Of a DNA stretch of 64,000 nucleotides, positions 9,520 to 19,574 are shown piece by piece. Source of the DNA: a virus. Positions within the stretch are counted from its first letter, which is position 1. Every line of letters begins with the position of its first letter. The position numbers and the translations under genes are program-made. Location of the stretch: positions 31,793 to 95,792 of the IMG/VR virus record IMGVR_UViG_3300045825_000202; one strand, given 5' to 3'. The notes beneath the pieces are model-generated. The model had not been told where the DNA came from. It made no database searches and worked only from the letters and a program-made list of their open reading frames with translations.

Positions 9520-12036
9520 ATGGCTAAGAGATATTCTCAGCCACAGGGAGGGGCGCAGATTGATTGGAGAAATCCGATCACTCGTGGTCTAGTGCTTGCG
9601 TCAAATCATGATACGGATATTGTAAACATTGCTGGGAGCACTGGTGCGCCGACCCTGATTGGTTCTCCAACAGGCGTGGTTTTCTCCGAAGGAACGGCGG
9701 TAAATTTCGTAGCAACATCTAGCCAAGGTATCGACTACGGAAATTCAGCGACTCTAAACCCCACTAGTTTCACGCTGTTCTCGCTGTTCCAGATCAATTC
9801 GGTTATCAGTACGGTTATAGGTAGCGGAAATGAGTACGTACTTATCTCCCGCGATGATGCATCACTCGGTAGAGCTTACTGCCTGACACTCAATGGTGGC
9901 AATAACTGGGGTATCCGAGCTTTTATCAATGGTGGTGTCGCAGGGGGCGTTATTTTTGAAGGTGTTCAGCCTTCAGTGGGTGTGCCCCACACTGCCGCAT
10001 TTTCATATTCTGGCGGTGTTGAAAATCTCTATAGAGATGGCATCAGATTAACTGGCGCAACTGGGTTGCCTGCCGTTGCCAGCACAACTGGGCCGACTCA
10101 AGTAGGTATCCGATCATATTCCGGATCGAGAAGCCCGATGAATGGGTACATCTCACTGTCGCTGATCTACAACCGCGCTTTATCTGACGCAGAGGTCAAG
10201 TCCCTCTCAAACAATCCCTGGCAAATCTTCACTCCTATATCTTCACCTATATGGGTAACGAGTACGAGTGGGGCTACAGGTGCAAGTATCTCTACAGTAG
10301 ATAGTGCAGATATACAAAATACTACTGCAATAGTACCAGTAATTACCTCTATTACAACAGTAGATAGTGCAGATATAAGTAGTACTTCTTCCTCTTTTGG
10401 TAGTACTACAATAATACCTATTATAAATAGTGCTAATAAGTTTACACAGCCACAAGGTAGGGTTACATTAAATAAGTTACATCCTTTATATAAGTATCTT
10501 ATTTCTGCGTACGTTGGTAATTCTTTAAAAGACTTAGTTAGTGGGCAAAGTCTAGTACTACAATCAGGGGCTAAACTAGCTGCTAGTACTAAAGGTATAG
10601 GTTTAAATGGATCAACAATAACTTCTGGGGCTTATTGTACCCAGAAGTTATTACCTACAAATGAAGCAGCTATTTTCTGGAATGGATTTATACCTCCAAC
10701 ATCTACTGGAGATGCTACTCTAGCAGGTATAACTTATAATAGTACTAATTCAAATCCTTATGTTTGCGTTGAACTTAAGCGTTTTGGTACAAATAAGGTT
10801 ACATTAACTTTTGGGGCAGGAGCCTCTTCCTATTATACGACATCCGCTGGAACTCCTAGTGGAAATATGAGTATTTCTGGGTCTGTTTTATCAGGGTATC
10901 AAACTCTTTACTTAGACGGGATCCCTAGTACTGTTACTAGCACTACGTTCGCTTCTTTAGCTTCGACTGGTACCTCACGTTTCGAGATTAATGATTCTCT
11001 TAATTCTAGGCAGTCTGGTGCTGTATGTAATGTATGTTATATATTTAGTAAAGCAATATCTAGTGAGTGGCATAGTTCACTAAGTAGTAATCCTTGGCAG
11101 TTATTTTCTTCTACAACTACACCCTTAAGTTTACTAGTTAGCTCTCAACCACTAGTTGCTACTATTAGTACTATAGATGCTATAGATATACAGGTTGTAG
11201 TATTAGATAATTGGACTATAGGACAGTTAGTATCTTCAGATACAGTAGATATAACTCAGGTATCCGTATCTGCCGGAAGTATTACTCTAAGTTCTATAAG
11301 TACATTAGATAGTATAGATATTCAGCAAGTTGCTGGGACTAATTGGACTCTATCTCAGGTAGTTGCGTTAGATACTAAAGATCTTACTAATATACAAGGG
11401 GCTATAGGAAGTATTGCTCTTGGTTCCATATCTCAATTAGATACCTCAGACTCTAATATTTCTACCTTAGCAAATTGGACAGTATCTCAAATATTAGGTA
11501 CGGATAGTCAAGATTTAAGTAGTATGTTAACTACTGCTGGAAGTATTACTCTAGGCTCTGTTTATAATATTGATAGTGTAGATATTAGTTCTTCAATATT
11601 AGCTAACTGGACAATAGGTCAAGTTAATACTTCAGATATTAAAGATACTTCATCAGTACTAGGGTATATTATAGGTGCCCTTAGTGTAAGTATCGCTTCA
11701 CTCGATACATCTGACCAGACTATAGTATACTCTGTAGTAACTATAGGTGGATCTATTAGTACTACGGATACATTAGATCTTTCTAGTATTAATACAGCGA
11801 ACTGGACAACTTCGGCTTTAACAAGCATAGATGGTCAAGATAAGGTATTCTTTATAGGTGGTGCACCTATGCAGGATACTCCTATTACAGTTGTAGGTAT
11901 TATAGTAGTTATTAGTAGTAAAGATAATGCTTCTAATATTATTACTGATACTAGAACGGGTAATTTAGTAACGGAGCTAGTAAGTAATGGTACTATAATA
12001 AGTTCTATCAATAGTACTTATTTTATACAAGGATAA
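9520..12036 (+). CDS. Virion protein with two LamG/concanavalin-A-like domains and a D-x-x-D/NWT repeat stalk
   Basis: LYRDG..IYNRALSDAEV..NPWQ and a second LYLDG..NPWQ domain; about 22-aa repeats in the C-terminal half. Confidence 0.75.
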   Translation: MAKRYSQPQGGAQIDWRNPITRGLVLASNHDTDIVNIAGSTGAPTLIGSPTGVVFSEGTAVNFVATSSQGIDYGNSATLNPTSFTLFSLFQINSVISTVIGSGNEYVLISRDDASLGRAYCLTLNGGNNWGIRAFINGGVAGGVIFEGVQPSVGVPHTAAFSYSGGVENLYRDGIRLTGATGLPAVASTTGPTQVGIRSYSGSRSPMNGYISLSLIYNRALSDAEVKSLSNNPWQIFTPISSPIWVTSTSGATGASISTVDSADIQNTTAIVPVITSITTVDSADISSTSSSFGSTTIIPIINSANKFTQPQGRVTLNKLHPLYKYLISAYVGNSLKDLVSGQSLVLQSGAKLAASTKGIGLNGSTITSGAYCTQKLLPTNEAAIFWNGFIPPTSTGDATLAGITYNSTNSNPYVCVELKRFGTNKVTLTFGAGASSYYTTSAGTPSGNMSISGSVLSGYQTLYLDGIPSTVTSTTFASLASTGTSRFEINDSLNSRQSGAVCNVCYIFSKAISSEWHSSLSSNPWQLFSSTTTPLSLLVSSQPLVATISTIDAIDIQVVVLDNWTIGQLVSSDTVDITQVSVSAGSITLSSISTLDSIDIQQVAGTNWTLSQVVALDTKDLTNIQGAIGSIALGSISQLDTSDSNISTLANWTVSQILGTDSQDLSSMLTTAGSITLGSVYNIDSVDISSSILANWTIGQVNTSDIKDTSSVLGYIIGALSVSIASLDTSDQTIVYSVVTIGGSISTTDTLDLSSINTANWTTSALTSIDGQDKVFFIGGAPMQDTPITVVGIIVVISSKDNASNIITDTRTGNLVTELVSNGTIISSINSTYFIQG

Positions 12037-12038
12037 TA

Positions 12039-12410
12039 ATGGCTTTAATTCTATTAAAATACTGGAAGCAACTATTTCTATTAATAGTTATAGTTGCTTC
12101 ACTATATAGCGGGTACTCCTACGTAAAAGGTACAGGGGTACAAGAGGCTACGATTAAGTACACTGCTGTTATTGCACAATACGAGAAAGATATTACTGAT
12201 AAAGCTAAAACAATTGAAGTAATGTCTAACGTATTAGCAACTCAACAAAAAGCTTCTACTGATCTATTAAATAAGAATATTAACTCTATTTTAGTTAGTA
12301 TTAAAAATAAGCCCTTAGTAGTTATAAAAAATCAAGAATGTACTCCAAGCACTACATTTTCAGATAGCTTTTTACAGATAAATAAACAGGTTAATGAGAA
12401 TATAAAATGA
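12039..12410 (+). CDS. Rz-like inner-membrane spanin
   Basis: N-terminal TM helix followed by coiled coil; overlaps the lipoprotein gene. Confidence 0.7.
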   Translation: MALILLKYWKQLFLLIVIVASLYSGYSYVKGTGVQEATIKYTAVIAQYEKDITDKAKTIEVMSNVLATQQKASTDLLNKNINSILVSIKNKPLVVIKNQECTPSTTFSDSFLQINKQVNENIK

Positions 12411-12676
12411 ATAGACTGTTAGTAACTATCCTATTAATTTTCTCTCTTTCTGGATGTGCATTTTTAAATAAACCAGTATCGATTCCTACAGGTACTCCAG
12501 TTAATATTAACCCTGACTTACTAAAAGAGTGCCCGCTACTAGATGAAGGTTTACAGGTAGCAACATTCGAGGATGTTGTTATAGTTTATAGTAATTTAGC
12601 TAAGACATATGGTTATTGCGCTATGCAGCAAAAGAATAGTGTTAAACTAATTAAAGAATTAGGAAATATAAAATGA
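12407..12676 (+). CDS. Rz1-like outer-membrane lipoprotein spanin
   Basis: Signal peptide with LSGC lipobox; P.LL..CP.L motif. Confidence 0.75.
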   Translation: MNRLLVTILLIFSLSGCAFLNKPVSIPTGTPVNINPDLLKECPLLDEGLQVATFEDVVIVYSNLAKTYGYCAMQQKNSVKLIKELGNIK

Positions 12677-13071
12677 GCGATAACTGTCCAACTTGCACTA
12701 TTTACCCTGAGGTAAACTTGGCAAACCATATGATGGCAATTAAACTTGCTAATCTTGGTCCTGCGGACCCTAGGCAGCCTAACACCTTATTCTGGGGGGA
12801 TAAGATGTCACTATGGCATGTACCAGAAGGTATCGCACGCTCTAGACTTTGTATGACCTGCGAAGAATATGATGATACACCTGAAAATACTGAGTGTATT
12901 CGTACAGGCCCGGGAGCCCAGTTGAAACCTTCTCAACTACCTATTACTCCTAAATGGGCAGATATTGATGGTATGCCCGCCGCAGTATGCGATCGCTGGA
13001 ATATTCCTTGTTCTGCTATTCGTACTTGTGATGATTGGGAACCTGAAGTAGAAGATGATATGGAAGATTAA
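12673..13071 (+). CDS. Cys-rich hypothetical protein
   Basis: CxxC and further Cys/Trp motifs; acidic tail. Confidence 0.7.
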   Translation: MSDNCPTCTIYPEVNLANHMMAIKLANLGPADPRQPNTLFWGDKMSLWHVPEGIARSRLCMTCEEYDDTPENTECIRTGPGAQLKPSQLPITPKWADIDGMPAAVCDRWNIPCSAIRTCDDWEPEVEDDMED

Positions 13072-13082
13072 TAAAGGATAAA

Positions 13083-13529
13083 ATGGCAATATATTTATAC
13101 AAAAGTACAACAGGAAGAACTTTCAACGTTAGTACCTACTCTGTAACTGTGGGGGGTCTGCATACTGATTCATCAATTAAAGCATTAGATGCTTTAATTG
13201 GTATTAGCTTACAAAGATATACTAATAATATACTAGATATTAAAGACGGTACAAGTGCTGCTACACTAACAACAGGTACTAGAACATTATCTATTGCAGA
13301 TGACGATACGCTAATTAAGTGTACTGGTGGGGCAGTTCTTACTATCCCTACAGATGCTGTAGGTGGATTTACCGATAACCATATTATTAGATCCTATCAA
13401 GGTTCTGCTACTGCAGTAACATATGCTGTAGCAGGTACTACCCTTGTAGGGTCTCCTAAAACTGCAGCTCAGTATATAGTACAAACTATTCAACGACTTG
13501 GCCCTAATGCATGGGTATACATATCCTAA
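13083..13529 (+). CDS. Putative virion decoration protein (YLYKS N-terminal family)
   Basis: N-terminus shared with the 16178 and 16405 ORFs; AAGGA RBS. Confidence 0.7.
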   Translation: MAIYLYKSTTGRTFNVSTYSVTVGGLHTDSSIKALDALIGISLQRYTNNILDIKDGTSAATLTTGTRTLSIADDDTLIKCTGGAVLTIPTDAVGGFTDNHIIRSYQGSATAVTYAVAGTTLVGSPKTAAQYIVQTIQRLGPNAWVYIS

Positions 13530-13651
13530 ACTAGATGTCTAAAGAATACTACTCCTAATGTTTATTTTATGCACTTGATAAATGGCATAAAGAAGGAGGT
13601 TACTTACTTCTAGCTAAGTCTACTCCTTGGGGTATTCCTCATGTACTACAT

Positions 13652-13876
13652 ATGGGAGTAAGAAGTAAAATTACTCACTTTGCTCCTCCTAGTGATTTAC
13701 GATATCCCTGGTACTCATTATTTGGGTTTAAGGGCAGTATACTTCACAGAGACTCGGACGTTAGAGAACCAATGAGTAAGATATACATATTTATCGGAAC
13801 TCTAGCATTACTTATATTTGGAGGTGTCTGGGCTATAACTAGATACCTTAAAGAACTAAAGGATAAAATATCATGA
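13652..13876 (+). CDS. Small membrane protein; probably the 3' part of a gene starting at 13535 with an in-frame TAA
   Basis: ATG 13535 is in frame: MSKEYYS*CLFYALDKWHKEGGY..PH..M. Confidence 0.45.
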   Translation: MGVRSKITHFAPPSDLRYPWYSLFGFKGSILHRDSDVREPMSKIYIFIGTLALLIFGGVWAITRYLKELKDKIS

Positions 13877-14088
13877 CATTAGTAGAAGATGTAAAACAAA
13901 GCTGGAAATGGTTCTCGATGCAAGCAATGGCATTAGCAGGTACACTTCAGACAGTCTGGTTAACAATCCCAGATGATTTAAAAACACAAGTTCCGCATAA
14001 CCTAGTTAACTATCTTACCTTAGTACTAGTAGTTGCTGGTATGGTAGGTAGAACAGTTAAACAAGGAGCTACAGTACCTGTAGTATAA
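13873..14088 (+). CDS. Holin
   Basis: 71 aa, two TM segments (WKWFSMQAMALA..), immediately before the endolysin. Confidence 0.75.
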   Translation: MTLVEDVKQSWKWFSMQAMALAGTLQTVWLTIPDDLKTQVPHNLVNYLTLVLVVAGMVGRTVKQGATVPVV

Positions 14089-14090
14089 CT

Positions 14091-14597
14091 ATGGATATTA
14101 GTATACTAAGACAATGCACCGGGGCAAGCCTAGTCGATGCGACAAAGTTTGCCACTATTATTGAAACTGTATTTACTGAATTCAATATTAAAAATAAGGC
14201 AATGTTCTTAGCTCAGGTAGGTCATGAATCTGGCGGACTACACTGGCTTAAAGAGATTTGGGGGCCAACACCTACTCAAACTAGATATGAAGGACGTAAA
14301 GATCTTGGTAATACAAGTACGGGTGACGGTAAGAAGTTTATGGGTAGAGGACTTATTCAGACTACAGGTAAAAGCAACTACGCTATAGCAGCACTTGCTT
14401 TAGACCTTGATTTACTAGAGCACCCAGAGTTACTAGAACTACCTATAAATGCTGCCAGAAGTGCAGGATTCTTCTGGCAAAATAATAAACTAGATAGTTT
14501 TAGTGACATTAAGGTAGTTACTAAAAAAATTAATGGTGGATATAATGGTTTAGCAGAGCGTACTGCTTTATACAATAAGGCAGTTACATTATTATAA
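14091..14597 (+). CDS. Endolysin, glycoside hydrolase family 19
   Basis: FLAQVGHESGG, GRGLIQTTG..NY, INGGYNGLAER motifs. Confidence 0.93.
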   Translation: MDISILRQCTGASLVDATKFATIIETVFTEFNIKNKAMFLAQVGHESGGLHWLKEIWGPTPTQTRYEGRKDLGNTSTGDGKKFMGRGLIQTTGKSNYAIAALALDLDLLEHPELLELPINAARSAGFFWQNNKLDSFSDIKVVTKKINGGYNGLAERTALYNKAVTLL

Positions 14598-14658
14598 TTT
14601 AGGTAGGTCCTAGTAACCTAGTAGTTACTAGATTTATTAACTTAATTAAGGAAACTTA

Positions 14659-15396
14659 ATGGCATCAACCACTGGTAAGAAATCTCGTCGTCAAATGTAT
14701 GCTGATATGGGGCAGTCTGATACCCCACAGGAACGTAGTTATATACAGAAGTTTCCCAAGTTAGAACCAAAGACTTACGCCCAAGAGGACTATATAGAGG
14801 CTATCCAGTCTAAATCTATTGTATTCGCACTCGGAAGTGCTGGGTCTGGTAAAAGTTACGTTGCCACCCACTATGCAGCTGAACAACTATACTATAAGAA
14901 GATTGATAAGATTATCCTTACTCGCCCCGCTGTGGAAGCTTGTGGAGAAGAACTAGGATTTTTACCGGGCGAGTTAGTAGAAGGTAAACTATTACCCTAC
15001 CTAATCCCTTATATGGAGACTCTTAACCAATTACTTGGTAAAAGCTTTGTAGAATATTGTTTAAAAACTGGAACTATAGAACCTGTTCCCTTAGCGTTTA
15101 TGCGTGGTAGAAGTTTTGGTAGTTCTAGCAATGGTTGCTTAATTCTCGCTGATGAAATGCAAAGTGCTACTCCTATGCAGATGAAACTACTACTTACTAG
15201 AATAGGCGAGAATACTAGACTTCTAGTAAATGGGGATATTGACCAACGAGATAAATTAGACGCTACTGGGTTAGAAGATGCTATTGGACGACTTAGTCAC
15301 TTAGATGAAGTAGAGGTAATTAAGTTTACCGATGATGACTGTGTTAGATCGGGTATTACGAAAAAAGTTCTGAAAGCTTATTCAGGTTACCGTTAA
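14659..15396 (+). CDS. phoH: PhoH-like ATPase
   Basis: GSAGSGKS Walker A, LTRPAVE, LGFLPG, MRGRSF, DEMQ, TRIGE, GDIDQ. Confidence 0.95.
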   Translation: MASTTGKKSRRQMYADMGQSDTPQERSYIQKFPKLEPKTYAQEDYIEAIQSKSIVFALGSAGSGKSYVATHYAAEQLYYKKIDKIILTRPAVEACGEELGFLPGELVEGKLLPYLIPYMETLNQLLGKSFVEYCLKTGTIEPVPLAFMRGRSFGSSSNGCLILADEMQSATPMQMKLLLTRIGENTRLLVNGDIDQRDKLDATGLEDAIGRLSHLDEVEVIKFTDDDCVRSGITKKVLKAYSGYR

Positions 15397-15401
15397 ATAG
15401 G

Positions 15402-15435
15402 AAAGGCAATATAACTCTTAGGTTATATTGCCTTT
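15402..15435 (+). terminator. Hairpin / probable terminator
   Basis: aaggcaatataac-tcttag-gttatattgcctt. Confidence 0.6.
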
Positions 15436-15600
15436 AGTTAGGCTATAGTCCAGCCTTTATGTGACTTAGCTTTACCTCTTAATAGTTCACCAAAGTGCCC
15501 CTGATGTAGGTTATGATCTATAGCAAACTGTTTTACATTAGTAATACCAGTATACAGAGTACCTAAAATTTAGTATTTATATTACAGATAGGACCTTAAA

Positions 15601-16101
15601 ATGAAATACAGCGAACTAAGAGAAACTATACAAACCGGAGACCTACTAGCTTGGTCTGAGGGAGGTAAGTGGAACTCATGGAGAAATATACAACTTAACT
15701 TAGTTCGTATGGGTACTATGAGTGACTATAACCACGTAGGGGTTGCCTACGTAGTATCTGGAAGAGTATTCGTAGTAGAGGCAGTAGTACCTTATGTAAG
15801 AATTTACCCCTTGTCTAAACTACTGCCCTTCTACTATATTAGAACTAACTTTAGAACTACAGATGCTACTGAAGAGAAGCTCCTACAATATATAGGTACC
15901 CCATACTCTAAGTGGGAGGCTATTAAAGCAGCATTTACTAAAGATACTAATAATACTAAAGTTATGCAGTGTGCCAAACTAGTAAACGACCTATTTACCG
16001 AGTTTGATATAGGATATAAGGGTATCAACGATACTCCTGAAGCTGTCGTAAATTATACTTTAGATAATAGTAATAGTCCTATAAACTATATCAAAGAGTA
16101 A
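15601..16101 (+). CDS. Permuted papain-like (NlpC/P60, YiiX-like) protein
   Basis: IQTGDLL, YNHVGV, VVEA, IGTPY, CAKLV, TP motifs. Confidence 0.75.
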   Translation: MKYSELRETIQTGDLLAWSEGGKWNSWRNIQLNLVRMGTMSDYNHVGVAYVVSGRVFVVEAVVPYVRIYPLSKLLPFYYIRTNFRTTDATEEKLLQYIGTPYSKWEAIKAAFTKDTNNTKVMQCAKLVNDLFTEFDIGYKGINDTPEAVVNYTLDNSNSPINYIKE

Positions 16102-16177
16102 CTGTACTACTGGTCTATTTTAGACTACTTAATAATCTAAGTAACCTCCAGTAGGGGTTAACTTACTGGAGAATAAA

Positions 16178-16390
16178 ATGGACTATTTATATAAAAGTCT
16201 TGATGGTAGAACTGTTACTATTAGTAACTATATGATTCGTGCTACAGGTACTAGTTTTACTAAAGTTATTGATTTACTAACCCCTGAGGTTGGAGTTACT
16301 ATTAGTCTAGAAACTATTGCTGATGAAGTACCTGCAGTAGAAGCACTACCAGAATTAGCGCCTATAGTTGCTGAAGTACCTGTAGTTTAA
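16178..16390 (+). CDS. Small protein, YLYKS N-terminal family
   Basis: GGAG RBS; MDYLYKSLDGRTV resembles the 13083 ORF. Confidence 0.65.
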   Translation: MDYLYKSLDGRTVTISNYMIRATGTSFTKVIDLLTPEVGVTISLETIADEVPAVEALPELAPIVAEVPVV

Positions 16391-16404
16391 AAGAAGGAAT
16401 ATTT

Positions 16405-18027
16405 ATTGGATATGTTTATAAATCTACTACAGGTCATCCTGTAAATATAGATAACTTTGTTATTACACCTGAACCTGGGCTAGAGTTAAAATATGCTAAT
16501 GACGCTCTTGATGCATATATGGGTATTAATCTAGCTAGATATACAGATGGAGTGCTAGATACTGCTGATAATAGTACACCTATACAAGCTACCCGTAATA
16601 GTTCTGGAACAGTTACGGGAATAACTGCCGCTACTAGAGATGTTGTTGCGGATCTTGGATTAGGTTCTAGTGGGGCTTCTACAGCGACAACGGTTTCTAC
16701 TTTAGTAGCCCTTAGGAAAGCAGGTACTCTAGTCTCTGGAACAATTTATGCTACTGAAAATGGTTGGACGTATAAAGCAACATCGTCAACTCACTTTTTG
16801 GCGCTGAACGGGGCACCATTACTCGCATACGGCCTATATACCGGTATTGGTGATTCAATCATGGCTAACCAGAATATTGGTGGAGTAAGCAATACAATGA
16901 GTATCATTAATTGGTACTCATCACAGATCGATAGTCCTCTAGATATGGTAGCTAATCGTGGAGTTGGTGGATATGCGCTTGCTACTATTAATTCGACTCA
17001 GGTGGCTGCTACAGTTGCAGATGCTTCAGAGATTGTCTGGCTACATGGTGGTGTAAATAATCTACGTTATGGGTATGCTACCGCTACTAGTATTGAACAG
17101 GCAGCTATAGACCTAAAAGTAATTCTTGATGCCCTTTCCCCAGTAAAACAAGCAATCGTAGTGGACTCTGTCACCCCGTGGTTATGGGGTCCGAACGCTA
17201 CTGACGGTTACCGATCTCTGGAGATTCCAGCGCTCAATAACCTAATGAAAGGGCTGTGCGCTAGGTATCCAAATGTAATTTGGAACGACATATACCCTGC
17301 TATTTTGAATACTGCATCAAGTCTGAGTGACCCAGACACAACATGCCTACTTGATTCGCTGATACATCCAAATTCAAAAGGTGCAGCATTGCTAGGATTT
17401 CAGTCAGCTTTAAATCTTGCAGGTAAATTATATATTGTCCCTGCATACTCTATAACTAGCACTGTATCGCTTCCTACTTTTACAGGTACAACTGGAACTG
17501 CAACCCCAGGTACCGGTACAATAACTGGTAGCGCCCCTGATAGTGTAGCTGTAGCTGTATCGTCAGGTCCAGCAGCAGTGACGCTAGCAGCCAAGACATA
17601 TACATCAACACTTACTGGGCTAAATGTAATTGCTACTAATGCTGGAGCTGCCTCGTTTATTGGGATAAGTCTTAATGCAGCAGGTCTTGCTACTGCCCTA
17701 GCCGTATTTGTAGCTGGTGATAAGGTTCGATTTACCGCAACAATTCGTGTTAAGTCTGGAGTACTATTAGCTCGGGTATTTTCATACTTGCTAATCAATG
17801 GCTCAATTGTCATCGCAAACTTTACTGTAGTCCCAGCAATAGAAACTCCGAACCTTATGGCACTAGGATCAAAGTCATGGACGGCAAAAACACGAACACC
17901 TGTTTATACGATTCCGGCAGGTATGACAGCAATTAACCCTACTGTTGGTGTACAAATTGGGGCAAGTACTGGTGCTGTCGATTTTGATCTGATCGACTGG
18001 AAGATTGAAAAATTAATAGCCTTGTAA
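16405..18027 (+). CDS. SGNH/GDSL hydrolase-domain virion protein; probable ATT start at 16405 (ATG at 16519 is internal)
   Basis: GDSI, GVGG, GGVNN, DSLIHPN catalytic blocks; the upstream in-frame extension GYVYKSTTG.. matches its paralogs and follows an AAGGA RBS. Confidence 0.75.
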   Translation: MGYVYKSTTGHPVNIDNFVITPEPGLELKYANDALDAYMGINLARYTDGVLDTADNSTPIQATRNSSGTVTGITAATRDVVADLGLGSSGASTATTVSTLVALRKAGTLVSGTIYATENGWTYKATSSTHFLALNGAPLLAYGLYTGIGDSIMANQNIGGVSNTMSIINWYSSQIDSPLDMVANRGVGGYALATINSTQVAATVADASEIVWLHGGVNNLRYGYATATSIEQAAIDLKVILDALSPVKQAIVVDSVTPWLWGPNATDGYRSLEIPALNNLMKGLCARYPNVIWNDIYPAILNTASSLSDPDTTCLLDSLIHPNSKGAALLGFQSALNLAGKLYIVPAYSITSTVSLPTFTGTTGTATPGTGTITGSAPDSVAVAVSSGPAAVTLAAKTYTSTLTGLNVIATNAGAASFIGISLNAAGLATALAVFVAGDKVRFTATIRVKSGVLLARVFSYLLINGSIVIANFTVVPAIETPNLMALGSKSWTAKTRTPVYTIPAGMTAINPTVGVQIGASTGAVDFDLIDWKIEKLIAL

Positions 18028-18035
18028 ATATAATA

Positions 18036-18072
18036 AAAGCCTACTTAACTCTAAAAGTTAAGTAGGCGTTTT
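18036..18072 (+). terminator. Rho-independent terminator
   Basis: gcctacttaac-tctaaaa-gttaagtaggc plus gtttt. Confidence 0.75.
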
Positions 18073-18229
18073 CACGTCCAAATATCCTAACCAAACTATC
18101 TGTCAAGACTTAAATTTTTGATGTTGTATTTTCCATGAACAAAAAACCTACTTCTATTCTTTTCGTCACTAAGCATGTATAATATAACCTGTAGCAAAAA
18201 TAATTCTGCTACAGAAAATAGGAGAAGTA

Positions 18230-19432
18230 ATGTGGACACTAGATAATAGTGGCGTTACTAACCTTGTAACTATACCAGCAGATGGCATAGTTACTGTTAC
18301 TATGCCACACGGTGTAGACCTATGTGCCTATATTAATAACATGGATGTACCTATACATCATATGCATGTTAAAGCAGGTGATAAGGTTCACTTCGATATA
18401 CGAAATAAAAAGGAAGCTGCTACGGAAGTATCAGTAGGATATGCTGATACTCTCAGCAAGTTAATGATAGCAGGAAAACCTGCTAAAATCAAGGAGAAGA
18501 AAATGACAGAAGCAGTAAATTTATTTGCTAACCCAAACGCTGGAATGGGTTCAGCTATTGGCGGGGGCTTGGGTGCAGGTCTATTGGGCGGAGTATTGGG
18601 CGGAGCCTTACTAGGAGGCAACAAGGGTGGCCTTTTCGGAGGTAATAATGGTGGAGACACTCAATCCGGTATTAATGCTATTAATCTGAATACAGATAGT
18701 AAAATCGCAGCTAGTACTGCACTAAATGAAGCACGTTTTAATGCAGAAGCACAACGTGAACTTCAGGCAGCTATTGAACGCACCGCCGCAGCTACGCAAA
18801 TGGCCTACGCAGTAGGAAACTCGGCGTTAGGTGTGGAAATTGCTAAAGGCCAAGGTGAAACTAATGTTCAAGTAGCTTTGACTACTGGCAACTTAGGTAC
18901 ACAGAATGCTCTAAATGCATCTGCTACTCAAGTTTTAGTACAAAAGAATGCAGGTGATCTGTCTACACAAATTGCACTTGGGCAAGCTCAACTAGGTGTA
19001 CAAGTAGCTACAAATGGTACAGCAACTGCTCTAGCATTTAAGGATGCAGCAATTGATAACCTACGTACTAGTGCACTTCTGCAAACTACTATTGTTAATG
19101 ACGGTGAAAAGACTCGTAGTCTGATTACCTCTCAGTATGAAGCAACCCTGAATCGTCAGTTAGCTACAGCTCAGAATGAAATCATTGAGATGCGTGGCGA
19201 CCGTAGACTACAAGAAGCAACTGGTAATATTACTATTAGTAATGTTAACACTGCTACAGCTGTTGCTCAGCAACAACAGCAACAACAACAGCAACAACAA
19301 ATCGCTACTCTGTTAGCTAATGTTAATGCTTTGTACGCTCAAAATCAACACATCCAACAAGGTGTATTGAATATTGGTAGCGGTACAGTATCTGGCAACT
19401 CACAAACTGCTGCCAATACTAGAGTAGCTTAA
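18230..19432 (+). CDS. Gly-rich, helical, poly-Q hypothetical protein with a second in-frame start at 18503
   Basis: Both ATG 18230 (GGAG) and ATG 18503 (AAGGAG) have strong SD sequences; GxxxG hydrophobic tract; Q11 tract. Confidence 0.8.
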   Translation: MWTLDNSGVTNLVTIPADGIVTVTMPHGVDLCAYINNMDVPIHHMHVKAGDKVHFDIRNKKEAATEVSVGYADTLSKLMIAGKPAKIKEKKMTEAVNLFANPNAGMGSAIGGGLGAGLLGGVLGGALLGGNKGGLFGGNNGGDTQSGINAINLNTDSKIAASTALNEARFNAEAQRELQAAIERTAAATQMAYAVGNSALGVEIAKGQGETNVQVALTTGNLGTQNALNASATQVLVQKNAGDLSTQIALGQAQLGVQVATNGTATALAFKDAAIDNLRTSALLQTTIVNDGEKTRSLITSQYEATLNRQLATAQNEIIEMRGDRRLQEATGNITISNVNTATAVAQQQQQQQQQQQIATLLANVNALYAQNQHIQQGVLNIGSGTVSGNSQTAANTRVA

Positions 19433-19574
19433 TAATGCTAAGTACGCTCAAAGTAATCTGGGCGTACTTAGGTAAATTAAACTGTTGGGATATATACATT
19501 CAATATGCTACCAAGGATCGTCGGTCTCAAAAGGACCGACGATTTAATGTTGATAGAAGAATTAAAGGTAAGTA

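Noticed and set aside
5295-12036. Diversity-generating retroelement acting on the tail genes
   Set aside because: No reverse transcriptase and no adenine-variant template/variable repeat pair were seen.
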